From: Camelus dromedarius
Taxonomy: Eukaryota
Reading direction: 5' to 3'
NCBI RefSeq assembly: GCF_036321535.1
Contig: NC_087436.1
Location: 94,862,001-94,926,000 of the forward strand
DNA: 64,000 nt
Shown here: piece by piece, positions 52,105 to 64,000 of the stretch
Layout: each line of letters starts with the position of its first letter
Position numbering within the stretch: position 1 is the first letter of the stretch
The notes under the pieces: generated by a model
Database searches by the model: none
The model's input: the letters and a program-made list of their open reading frames with translations, nothing else
What the model was told of the DNA's origin: nothing
Made by a program: the position numbers and the translations under genes

Positions 52105-52290
52105 GGGGCCCAATATGATAGGTAGCCACTAGTCAGGTGTGGCTGTTTAAATTTAAAAATTAAGATTATATAAAATTTAAAATTTAGTTTATCAGTTGCA
52201 CTATCTGTATTTCAAGTGCTCCATAGCCAGGCTAGTGGATACAGAACACTCGTATTACTGCAGAAAGCTCACTGGCCAGTGCTGTTTTAG
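52105..52290. mobile_element. MER33-like hAT-Charlie fossil
   Basis: ggtagccactagtcaggtgtggctgtttaaatttaaaattaag...tatttcaagtgctccatagcc. Confidence 0.65.
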
Positions 52291-53140
52291 ACCAGAATTA
52301 GGATCTAAGTCACTCATAATGTGATGGCTGTAACCTCGGAAGCTTCAAAATTAAATACGCTCTTGTGGACTGGCCTGAAAACCAACTTAGCGTTAATATG
52401 GGAAGATGTACTTTGACATAAATGAAAATTTGGAAAATATGTAAGTTAGAATCTGCCTGTATCTTTACAAAGATATGTGTGTATATATAAATATTTATGT
52501 AACATTTTATAGTTTATGTAAATTGTACATAGAAGTATTTCAGGTTCACATGCTCTATTTTGTTTTTTATTGAAAATTACTGATTAAAAAATGCAATAGA
52601 CAACCGGACATAAATATAATCCTAATGTGGTAAAAAAATTAATAAAGAGTGCACACATGTATTTTAGAAGTATGGAGGATATATATAACATAGTATTAAC
52701 AACTGTATATCTGCTGATGGACAAAGGGCATATTATTTTTTCATTAGACTTTTTTTCTCAGTGAATATGTATTATTTTTATATTGAGATGGAAACTAAAT
52801 AGTATGAAAACACAGTGGAATTATGTAATAATCCACCATCTTAGAATTAATAAACTAGGAAGCTCTGGTTTTATTATTTAAAACAAAAATGTTTTAAATA
52901 AATCTTTTTTTGACCAGGTAATACATTTATATGCTTCAAAATCAAAACAATGTAAAAAGATACACTATACGGAGAAACCTGCTCTCCCCCGTCTCCCCTG
53001 ACTGGGTTTGGCGCCACGCCTCCTCTGCCCCACACCACGATCCCTTTAGGAAACTACTTTTGCTAGTATTTTTTTTTTTTTTGGCATATTGTATCTTGGT
53101 TTTTTTATTTAACAATACAGAGATCCAGGAAATGGCTCTA

Positions 53141-53377
<237 letters not shown>

Positions 53378-54842
53378 TTACTGCAAAGGAGGAAATCTGA
53401 GGACTTTCTGTGGGCCCCCATTTTACAGGTGGATTTTGTTAATCGTGTTACTAGCAATATCTTAATAATTTCTTATATAAAGTAACTTGGTAGTTTTCCT
53501 GCTGTAATTGACAGTCCCTCAGGGAGAAAATGATGGCGTTGGCCTAGACAGCTCACTCTTTCTCAGGGCACCCATTTGGCCCAAAGTTCAACTGGTCCTC
53601 GAGTTCTGAGTCTACCTCCTAAGTCTCCCAAATTCAGCTCCTCCCGCAGGCCCACTGTCAGTGCTTCTTGACATCTCTCTGCAGTTAGTGAGTGTACTAA
53701 TCAGTATTCCTTCTGAACTTCGTCTGCCTCCATCTGATGTCGGAGTGTTCTTGTACACACTCAAGCCTTGCCCGAGGCCCCCAGACCTCAAGGTTACACC
53801 CCTCAATAAAACCCTCCCATGGCCATAGGGATCAAGTGCGAACTTCAGAGCAGAGGACTTGAGCTTCAGGACTGCCTGTCTACCTTTCTAACCTTACCTT
53901 TTGCCTCCCCTCCTGCTCAGTCACAGTCAGTGTCGCAACGTCCCTCCAAGCATGTGTGTTCTTTCCCCGCACACCCCCTTCTCCCTCAGCTCCTGCTGGC
54001 TCATCCTTTCAGCTCAGCTGAAGCTCTCGTTGTCTGGTCTCACCTCCATCCTCCACCTTCCCCACCTCCAACCCTCAGGATGGGGTGGATCCCCTTTCCT
54101 GGTGACTTTCTAATGTATTTCTTTCTACTCTGGCACTTCTCACCCTGTATAGCAACATGGATTTACTTCTGTCTTTCCCATCACATCCAGAATCCTTGAG
54201 GGCAGGACCACGGCTCAGTCCGCTGAGTCCTGAGCTCCTACCACATGTCTGAGAGGTGGTAGGTGTTAGATAAACATAGCTGAATAAAGAATGACTTATT
54301 TCATTCCACATTTTCCAAAACTATTCCACACTTAATGAATATCTAAAAGAATCAGCTTGCGAAAATTAGTGAAGCTATCAGACTAATTCTCTGACTTTTT
54401 CAAGAGATATTTACAGATCATAGAAGTGAACAGAACCATTCTAGAGACTCGATAAATAGCCCGTGCATGTTATAAAGAACAAGATTAATAATACCACCAC
54501 GTTGTCTTCCATCTTCTAGTATCTTCTATATTCTTAAAACCAAATACCTGGGATGGATGGAAAAGTGCTGTGCAAGTGGGGGCGGGTGGGTGGGGGTGCG
54601 CTGCAGGCTGGAGAGGTCAGGGTCGTCATCCAGGAGACAGAAACCGAGGCCACGGAGGAGGAGAGGAACTAGCTCCTAACCTGAGAAGCCCTCAGTGGAG
54701 TTGTTCTACGTCCTCCTGTGGTGGTGAATTATTTTCCTTCTCTGAAACCTAGAAATGGCCATCCCCCTAGTCTTCTGCGTTCAAAGCAAGCCTAGATTAG
54801 AACCAGGCAGAGAACGAGCTGGAGCTCGATTCTACTATCTGT

Positions 54843-54882
54843 TTGGGGAGAAAAGCATGAATGTTGGGGAGAAGAGCATGAA
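54843..54882 (+). repeat. Near-perfect tandem duplication, period 21
   Basis: ttggggagaaaagcatgaa tg ttggggagaagagcatgaa. Confidence 0.85.
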
Positions 54883-54888
54883 CCCCAC

Positions 54889-54985
54889 CTGCAGACTGCT
54901 CTTCCCTGGCGATGATGATGGCGGTGCGGGCGGCTTCTCGGTACTGCTCCAGGGCCATGTACAGGCGGAACAGGTACTTGGCATC
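54889..54985 (-). CDS. WDR19: WDR19 coding exon (exon 30 eq.), 97 nt
   Basis: tgtcag|GAT...GCA G|gtgggg; [32 protein letters not shown]. Confidence 0.96.
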
Positions 54986-55714
54986 CTGACACACAAATCA
55001 TTAGAGAAACATCACTTTCTTCATTAGCTAAGGGGAGAAACACCTAAAAATTTGCCTTTTAGTTAGAATCACATTCACTTTCTAGTAACTAAGTGTTGAT
55101 ACTATTTTTAAAAAGCCAATGAATAAAGAATTATTTATCAAGTATCAAGTATTCAGGGTTTAGCATGTGCCAGGTAGTATTCTAAATACTTAAGAAATAA
55201 CTTGTTTAAATCCTCCAGGACAAAGGTATGATTATATACTAATTTCATTGATGAGAAACTGAAACACCCCAGGACCTTTCCAGAGCCAGGATCTGAACCA
55301 CAATGGTCTGGCTTCAGAGTCCGTGTTCCTAACCCCACTCCCCAGAGTTCTCATGTACTTGAAATGGAAAGTTTCTTATACCATATACTAACTTGGCAAA
55401 ATTTCAAAAATTTTTACACCTACATAAATTTCTCTGGCCTATAAAATTTTTTTTTGGCTCACTTTCCATTCCTGTTTTCTTCAACTCTAAACAATTTCAC
55501 ATAGTTGAGGCTGGTTTTCTGATTATTAGAATCAGTGGACATAAGATGAGGGGGTTTGGCACAGTTTAATGTGCTGTGCACTTCTGCAGGTTAACTTAGC
55601 CTCCCTGGGTCTCAGTGTCTTTATCTGTAAAATACAGGAAGTGGACTCAGGGATCAGGATGGCTACAATCCGCTCCAGCTATGACATTCCAGCACTTTGT
55701 AGACAAATCAATTA

Positions 55715-55942
55715 CAGTTGACCTTTGAGCATCACTAGGGTTAGGGGCTCCGACCCTCCACACAGTTGAAAGTTAGTATTTAATTTATAGTCAGCCTTCT
55801 GTATCCACACTTCCTCTGTATCTGCGGATTCAACCAACCTGGGATCATGCAGTAAATATTGTATACAGTATTCACTATTGAAAAAAATCCATGTATAAGC
55901 GGACCTGCTCAGCTCAGACCCATATCATTCAAAGGTCAGCTG
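55715..55942. mobile_element. Tigger2-derived MITE (MER8-like) with TIRs and TA target duplication
   Basis: ta|cagttgacctttgag ... ttcaaaggtcagctg|ta: inverted termini and flanking TA visible. Confidence 0.85.
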
Positions 55943-56508
55943 TACTCCAATTCCTTCACAAGCAGACACCAAAGCAGAAGGGGAAAAAGGCTCTGAGGGC
56001 ATTGTCAAAGGAGTCTGCCTTCATCAGGACTAAGAGAAGACCAACCTCTGCACAAAATCCCAGAGAATCACATATTTTGCAAATATGTTCTTAATAATTT
56101 CTACTTTATAGTGGGTTTTATGGTAGATAGGATTTTTATTAATTTCCATAATTTTTGAAATGTGAACAAAGTACACTGATTTTTAGGGATTACTGCTAAC
56201 TCATAATTCTAATAATCATGTTCATGATTCCTAGAATAAATAAATATAACAGTTGATAAAAACTGTGAGTGGTAAGGACTGATACCCCGAGGGGTATGGC
56301 TAATTCACAGGGGGCAAGGCCAAGTGCAAAGAATGAATGTACACAGTATCTAAAATGCAGGTTCCGTGCAGATGACCTAAGGCTGCATCTAGAGAGAAAA
56401 TTTTGTAAGTCTATGATGCAAAATCTGTAATAAATAAAAACACAGCAGAACAAAGTAAAACTGTTACTAAGATACTTAAATACCCCAGTGGAGAAAACAC
56501 CTTAGTAC

Positions 56509-56586
56509 CTTAGGCATGCCATCACTCTCCCCCATAAGGTGGTCTATCAGTTGACTGGTCAGCAGCTCATCTTTGGCCTGACCAAC
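56509..56586 (-). CDS. WDR19: WDR19 coding exon (exon 29 eq.), 78 nt
   Basis: aaacag|GTT...AAG|gtacta; [26 protein letters not shown]. Confidence 0.96.
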
Positions 56587-56792
56587 CTGTTTAGGAAGAG
56601 AAAGAAACAGTAAGTTCAGCATCTTAAACCTAGAAAGGGGGGGGGGGGGACAAATAATCTGCTGAGGAGGTGGAATTTTAAAAATATGTAAAAATACCTA
56701 GAGTCAAGTGCCTGAAACATGATGTAAGCTCAGGGTCTGTCTTCATTCATTTATAGTCTCCAGTAATGAAAACTCATCCTTAGAAGCTATAG

Positions 56793-56941
56793 GGCGGAGA
56801 GTATAGCTCAGTGGTAGAGTGCATGCTTACCAGGCACGAGGTCCTGGGTTCAATCCCCAGTACCTCCATTAAAAAAAAAAATTAAAATAAATGAATACAT
56901 AAACCTAATTACCCCCCAAAAGAAAAAAATTATAAAAAATC
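56793..56941 (+). mobile_element. tRNA-derived SINE, camelid Vic-1-like, with perfect 18-bp TSD
   Basis: gtatagctcagtggtagagtg (A box), ggttcaatccc (B box), A-rich tail; catccttagaagctatag at 56775 and 56942. Confidence 0.9.
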
Positions 56942-59824
56942 CATCCTTAGAAGCTATAGCTTTTTATATCAAAATGCTGTAGTAGTATTCTTTTTTCACA
57001 CACAGAGAGAATATGCTTCTTGGATGTTTCAATAAAAACTTTCTTAAGTGACTGTGACAGAATAACATCCTGGGCCTCATACAAACTGTGCAGCTGAGCA
57101 CCTCATTTCCAGGGCTTCCTGAGGAAATGTGTTTGTACACAAGGCTACGTGTAATCAAAAATGAAGACAAAAGTATGGCCAGAGGATCCCAGAAGAGGAC
57201 AGGCAGCTGGAAATATGACGTTCTGGAGAGGACTCTGGTCTGGAAATTCAGATTTGAGGGTCATCGTAAAGTCACCTCCATAAATCACTCCCCTGTTGGG
57301 TGGTATTGATCAGGAAAATTATTTACTATATGAGAGGATGAAAATGTGTTAGCTTTAGTTAGTAGAAATAATTACTGACAAGATTAAGAGGCTTAAGTGT
57401 CTCATGTCTATAAAAAAGAGGTGAGCCAAGAACCCAACTGGAGCTCAACCAAGAGGAAGAACACTGAACAGAACAGCACTGCCCTCTTGTCATATTAGTG
57501 ATGTAGTGAGAAAAGCCACTGGAAAAGGAAGGAAACTCATTAGGGACAGAGCAACACCCAGGGGAAGTCTAAGAAGTAGTTCAGAAGTCCTTGGTGCACT
57601 AGCAGAAGGACAGGGTCACTAGACTTGAGCACAGACGAGGTGATTGTGAGCCCGTGGGGTGCAGAGGCTCTCGGGCTGCAGAATTTCTACACAGTCCGCT
57701 GACCATGGTCATTGTCGGTGCAAGAAAGCTAAGCTTTGACCCATCTGTTGCCTCTGATCTTGCCACTGCTATGAGGAAGGAAGAGAAATGGTAGAGCTCG
57801 TCATCTGGATGGCTTTTGGGCATGGCTTTGGGTGAATAAGCCCATATGGGGAAGAGCCAGCCTGTCTGAGGTCAAAGATCACCTGTGTGATCCAGAGCGG
57901 GTCACTCTTGGGACCTCAAAGAGGATAAAAATAAGACATAACTCACAAAGTTGTTATAAGGATTAAATGAGGCTAGTTCAGGAAAAGCTTTATAGGAAGG
58001 GGTATGCGAAGAGGGTCTCACATGGTGAGTGGGAGTTTGAAGGGCAGGGGTGTAGGAGGGAGGGTGTTCTGGGTCTGGTAACAGTGAGAGTGAAGAAACA
58101 AAGGAAGGGAGCCCTGAACTACGCAGGTCAAAGTGGCCAGGTTAGCTGTAGCACAGACCACTGACCTAGGAGTGTAATAAGATGGTTTGGCTGTAAAAAA
58201 GACTTTGGTTTTAGTCCTAGCTCTTTGCCTCTCTATTTGGGCGTCTTTAGGTTGGTCATATATATCTTCTGGGACCTCAGTTTCCTTATCAGTAAAATGG
58301 AGGTTAGCCTGGATCACCTCCAAGGATATCAGACTCTGTGTGTGATCCATGAAGGATGGTCAGGGAATAAATAATGAAGCAATGGGAGCTGGAGAATAAG
58401 ATGATTCAAAATTGGACTTCAGAAAAATTATCCAGGAGTGAAGTTCAGAATGGACTTGTCTGAATGAAGTAATCTTGGTAATGGATTAAGAATACAAATA
58501 TACTAATTTTAAAGACTACATGTCCCTGATCTTAACAAAATTTTTACAAAATGTGTGGTGTAGCATTAAAAAATACTAACTAATGAGAGGAGAGAAATTT
58601 GACAGTTGCAAGGGACAGCAATAGTTTTGTCTGATGTTGATCCCTTCCACTATTCTGAGAAATGCTCCAGCCTCCATCTCAACCATGGGGTTCCAGTGGG
58701 ACTTCTGTATCTTAGAGGACCCGCACCTCCCTGGCCACAGAGGCCAGAGTGTCTAGGGGTGGGAATTTGACCCAATTTACCCAGGCATGATATTCCATCG
58801 CTGGGGCCACCAGTTGATTGATCCTGGAATGAACACCTAAACTGACCAAGTCAGAGCCCTTCTGGATTTATGAATTTGGGACCAGAGTCCCAGTCTCTCT
58901 TCGGGAGGGAACGTGGGGGATGTACTCCTGGGAACTGCTGCAAGTTTTGATTCTGGCTTCCTGGAGGAAGTAGGTCTTAGAAAATATTGCAGATGTGCAG
59001 AGAAAAGCAAGTAAATTTTTTTTAAAGTAATAGCCTTTTGAGAACAGCCAGAGAATAATTTCTTCTCTTTAATAATTCCCCTGCAGCTTCGAATTCAGAT
59101 ACTTTTAGAAAATTAATACTAATTTTTTGTGTCACAATAAAAATGTCAACATTCTTACTGAAAAAGCTTAGAAACAATGATCAGCTCAGTAGCAGTGAAT
59201 ATTCTTAGGACCCAAATTATAATCTGTAACTAATATTTTTCACTAAAAAGATACAGAACCCTTTAGAGAAATGGTTGGTTCCAGGACTGGGGCAAGAAAT
59301 GAAATCTGTAATATCTTGTACCTGAATGCAAGGAAGATTCAAAGACAAATAGGATTGTGTCAGACAGAAAAAAAAAATACTCAATGTAAAGGAATAATCT
59401 GGGACTCAAAAATAATATCAACTGCAATGAATTAAAATATATCAAATAAGCTAAAAATCTATGAGCTCATAATGATATTAAAAACAAAAGCACCTCATCA
59501 GTCACTTTTGGAGGATGTCAGGGAACTAACGTATTATTCTGAAAACTAGTAAATAAAATGAAAAAAAAACCCTCAAGTATTTACCCTATATTCCCTTTTC
59601 AGAGTAACCAAATAGCTGATATGGAGTTCAAGAGGAGTGACAGAATTAGAACACCATTTTGTAACTCCAAGTGAAAAAATGGATCTAGGTAATAAACATA
59701 ATTGGTGCTGAAATCATTAGGTGACAGCTTTATGGGAAACCTTGTAACGAATGGATCAGGCTGATCACACCTACACCCAATAATCAACCTTAACACCATA
59801 AAAAGAGAGGCAATAAAAATGGGC

Positions 59825-60206
59825 TGTTATGGACTGAAAGCTGATCCCCCAACTCCTCTTCGTATGTTGAAGCTCGAACTGCTAAAGTGATGGTATTTGA
59901 AGTTGAGGCCTCTGGGAGGTAATCAGGGTTAGATTAGGTTATGAAGTTAGGGCCCTCATGATAGGATTAGTGATTTTATAAGAAGAGGAAGCAAGAGAGA
60001 TCCCCTTTCTTTCCATTAGAAAGTACCAAGGAAAGGCTGTTTGAGGACATAGCAAGAAGGTGGCCATCTGCAAGCCAGGAAGAGAGCCCTCACCAGGCTG
60101 GTGCCTTAATCTTAGACTTCTCAGCCTCCAGAACTGGGAGAAATCGTTTCTGTTGTTTAAGCCACCCAGTCTGTGGTATTTTGTTATGGCAGCCTGAACT
60201 AAGACA
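59825..60206 (+). mobile_element. Complete MLT1A/B-like solo LTR
   Basis: TG...CA termini (tgttatggactgaa ... gcagcctgaactaagaca); 5-bp flanks tgggc/tgggg. Confidence 0.85.
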
Positions 60207-60532
60207 TGGGGCTACTGATGTGATGAAATAAGTACATGGCATCATCTATGAAGTAGTTTTTTCCAAAAATATAAAATCTATGTCTAATTAAACATATAGA
60301 TTTGGTTACTAGTTGGTTGAAAATACAGGCAACAGAGAAACAAGATAAATTATACCACAATCAGATTTAACAGGGTGCAATCAGTTAACTCTAAATGTCA
60401 GGAATTCCTCAGGACAAATAACTCATTTTCTTAACAAAAAAAAACAATGAAGGTAAAGTGAAAGGGGAGAGGGGAGAAGAAATAAAGGAGAAGGAGGAGG
60501 AGAGGAAGGAAAGGGAGGAAGAGAAGAGGAAA

Positions 60533-61435
60533 AAGAAGACATACAAATGGCCAACAGGCACATGAAAAAAGGCTCAATATTGCTAGTTGTCAGAGAAATG
60601 CAAATCAAAACTACAATGGGTTATCACCTCACATTAGTCAGAATGACCATTGTTGAAAAGTCCACAAATAATAAATGCTGGAGAAGTTGTGGAGAAAAGA
60701 AAATCCTCCTACACTGTTCATGGCAATGTAGTTTGGTGCAGCTGTTATGGGAAACAGCAGGGAGATTCCTTAAAAAACCAAAATTAGATTTACCATGTGA
60801 TCCAGCAATCCCACTCCTGGAGGGAATTGGAGGGAACTCTAATTTGAAAAGATACATGCACCCCAATGTTCACAGCAGCACTATTTACAATAGCCAAGAT
60901 GTGGAAATAACGTAAATGTCCATCAACAGATGACTGGATAAAGAAGTTGTGGTATAGTTATACAATGGAATATTACTCAGCCATAAAAAGAATAAAATAA
61001 TGCCATTTGCAGCAATATGAGTGGACCTGGAGATCATCATACTAGGTGAAATAAGCCACAGAGAGAAAGAAAAATACCATATGATATTACTTACATGTGG
61101 AATCTAAAAAAAGAAAGGGACACAAATGAACTTATTTCTAAAACAGAGACAGACTCACAAACATAGAAGACAACTTATGGTTACCAGTGGGGAAGGGATA
61201 AATTGGGAGTTTGAGGTTTACAGATACTAACTACTACATATAAAATAGATACACAACGAGATCCTACTGTATAGCACAGGGAACTATATTCAATACCTTG
61301 TAATGATCTATACTGAAAAAGAATATGAAAAGGAATATATATGTATAAATGAATCACTGTGCTGTACACCAGAAATTAACACAACATTGTAAATCAACTA
61401 TACTTCAATAAAAATATAAAGAAAATGAAAAAAAA
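60533..61435 (+). mobile_element. Younger 5'-truncated LINE-1 (ORF2 C-terminus, 3' UTR, A-rich tail)
   Basis: ORF 60547-60915 is ORF2-like ([16 protein letters not shown]...CWRSCGEK...HC..DPAIPLL); ends aataaaatataaagaaaatgaaaaaaaa. Confidence 0.9.
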
Positions 61436-63754
61436 TGAAGAGAGGAGGAGGAAGAAGGGGAAGAAAAGAGAGGAGGAGATGAAAGGAGGGAGAGAGAAGG
61501 AGATGGGGAAGGAACAGTCTTTTGATAGAAGAGACTTAAGGCATATATAAACTAAGTGCAATGCAAGGACCTTATCTGGATATGATGTGAACTAACCAAC
61601 TGTGAAAAAGCATTTATGTAACAGTTAGGGAAAGTTGTACTTTAACTAGATGTTTGACAATATCAAATTATTGTTGTAGAATCTGGAACCCCAATACACT
61701 GTTGCTGGGAATGTAAAATAGTGTAGCTGCTTTGGGAAACAGCTGGGCAGTTCCTCAAAATGTTAAACATAAACTTAATATATGGCCTAGCAATTCTACT
61801 CCTAGGTATATACCCAGGAGACATGAAAACACATGTCCATGCGAAAACTTGTACACAAATGTTCATGGCAGCATTATTCATAAAAGCCCCAAAGTGAAAA
61901 CAACCCAAATGTGTTATCAACTGATGAATAGATACACACAATGTGTATACACATAAGAGGGCTAAAGTACATGTTACAACACAGATGAACCTTGAAAACA
62001 TTATGCTAAATGAAAGAAACCAGACACAAAAAGGTCACATCATATAGTTCCACTGACACAAAATGTCTAGAATAGGCAATTCCATAGATGTAGAAATATA
62101 AGACATATATACAGTAATTAAGATAGTGTGGTATTAGTACAGGCTAGACAAATAAATTAATACAAGAGAATAAAGAGCCCAAAACCGGACTCACACATAC
62201 CTGATCATTTCATCTATGACAAATGCTCCATAGGAATTCAGTAGGGGGAAGGGCAGTCTTTTGATAAATGGTGCTGGATTAACTGGATAGTCATATGGAA
62301 AAGAAAGATTCTTGACTCCTACTTCATACATACACAAAAGATAAGAATCTTTGGATTTAGGCATAGGCCTACACAAGAAGGCTAAAACAACCAAATTACG
62401 TGAAGAGAACATAAGAGAAATGTCTGCACAACCATGGGATAGACAAAGATTTCTTAAGAGGACAAAAAAGGACTAACCATAAAAGAAAAGATTCATAAGC
62501 TTGTCTTTACTAAATGTTAAGAACTTCTTTTCATCAAGATAGCACTAGAGAATTAACAGGCAAGCCACAGCTTGAGAGATTTTCACAAGGCATGTATGTC
62601 TGATGAAAAGGTCTGTATCCAGAATATATAATTCAGTCCTATAAATCAGGAAGGATAAGACGAGACGATACAATTAAAAATCAGAAACAAGACTGAACAG
62701 AACTTTATAAAAAGAGGATATTCAAATGGTCAATGAACATATGAAGAGGTGCTCAATATCATTATTCTTTAGAAAAACGAATTAGGACCACAATGAGAGA
62801 CCACCACACATCTATCAGCTTAGTTACAATGAAGGAGACTGAGAAGTGCTGGTGAAGATGGGGAGCAACTACATTCTTTACGTTGTTGGTAGAGTGAAAC
62901 TGGCACAGCTGCTTTGAAAAGATGTTGGGCAGTACCTACTATTGCTGAAAATATGTACACCCTATGACCTAATAATTCTAACTCCTGGATACATACCCAA
63001 AAAAACTGAATGCTTATGTCCACCAAAAGACACGAATGGCTCCGATGGCAACTTTATTTGTAATATGTGCAAACTGGGACAACCCAAGTGTCCATTAACA
63101 GAGTAATGGGTAAATAAATTGTGACAGTCACATGGCAGAATACTACACAGCCATGAATAAGAATGAACTATTGCTACATGAATACCACAGATGCCTTCAC
63201 AGATTTAATGCTGACCGAAAGAAATTATACACAAAAGAGAACATATGTATGACTCTATTTATATGAAATTCATAAACATGTAAAACCAATCTGTAAGAAG
63301 TCAGAAGTGCTGTTACCCTTGGTGGGGGGCACTGATTTGGAGGCATCATGAGTGGGCCTTCTGGGGAGCTGGAAATGTTCTCTCTCTTGATCTGGGTAGG
63401 GGTTACACAGGTGTACATACATGAAAAAACTGAGTTGTATACTTAGGATTCATGCATTTTACTGTATGCAAGTTACACCTAAAAGAAAATCCCAAGGTTC
63501 TTATTTTAGAGATAGATTTTGAACCACAAATGAAATGACATGATGTCTGTAATTTGCTTTAAAATAATACAGGGAAAAAGGGTGGGGGTGAGTAAAATAA
63601 GACTGGCCACGCTTTGACAGCTGTTGAAATGAGAAGATGGGTACATGGGAGTTTGTTATACTGTTTGGTCTACTTTTGTAAATATTTGGAATTTTCTTCA
63701 AAAGGTTTTTAAAAAATTAGCATTCTTGAAAGTTTCAGTACAGAGTTTACTTAC

Positions 63755-63823
63755 AGTTTCAATTGCCATTTCTATTGCTGCATTATCCTCTGAGCTTGGA
63801 CATTTTAGGAAGTGTTTAAGTGC
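63755..63823 (-). CDS. WDR19: WDR19 coding exon (exon 28 eq.), 69 nt
   Basis: tttcag|GCA...ACT|gtaagt; [23 protein letters not shown]. Confidence 0.95.
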
Positions 63824-64000
63824 CTGAAATGAGAATTATATAATAATGAAAAATTTTCAGATTGCCTTCACATTGGGAAAAACAAAGCTTTCACACACAC
63901 AAAGTAATTGTAGTTTGTGAAAGTATCTTCATCTCAACCAGGGGCTTGCACAGTGCTGGGTCTTAAATACTTAAAAGGCTGAGTGTAGTTTAAAAAGTGG

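Larger units (their letters stand above)
59100..63715 (+). mobile_element. Nested cluster of old L1M (MB/MC-type) fragments hosting younger insertions
   Basis: L1MC-like 3' UTR at 59100-59820, 60210-60450, 61515-61670 and 63500-63715; ORF2 C-terminal/3' UTR pieces at 61680-62090 and 62100-63485; boundaries approximate. Confidence 0.75.

Noticed and set aside
56637..56649. G13 run (also C10 at 30291 and long T/A runs at 33764 and 39997) as functional elements
   Set aside because: Simple homopolymers with unreliable length. Only the tract near 39997 has an evident role, as the polypyrimidine tract of the WDR19 terminal-exon acceptor.
60547..60915. 122-aa ORF as a host gene
   Set aside because: It is the L1 ORF2 C-terminal region, frameshifted partway through.

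Overview
This is mammalian genomic DNA, most likely camelid: three tRNA-derived SINEs look like the camelid Vic-1/VicSINE family. It holds two convergent, tail-to-tail genes. RFC1 (replication factor C large subunit) is on the + strand. I traced 21 coding exons by hand, equivalent to human exons 5-25 as recalled (8378-37047). All have GT-AG boundaries and a continuous frame through the BRCT, Walker A/B AAA+ and C-terminal regions; the 5' exons lie upstream of the window. WDR19 (IFT144) is on the - strand, with its last 9 coding exons (63823-45445) and a non-coding terminal exon (~39655-39969) spliced 13 nt after the stop codon. The introns contain the usual L1, L2, MIR, MaLR/ERVL LTR, hAT and Tigger fossils; repeat family names are from recalled consensus sequences, not a search. 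Most ORFs in the supplied track are exon read-throughs, L1 remnants or chance ORFs. I see no evidence of a new biological system. The most noteworthy items are a local GC3/CpG peak in the 3' part of WDR19 (possible GC-biased gene conversion), apparent substitutions at conserved RFC1 positions (notably Met->Arg in the BRCT domain), an L1 abutting an RFC1 splice acceptor, and an internally deleted L1 in the WDR19 3'-UTR intron.
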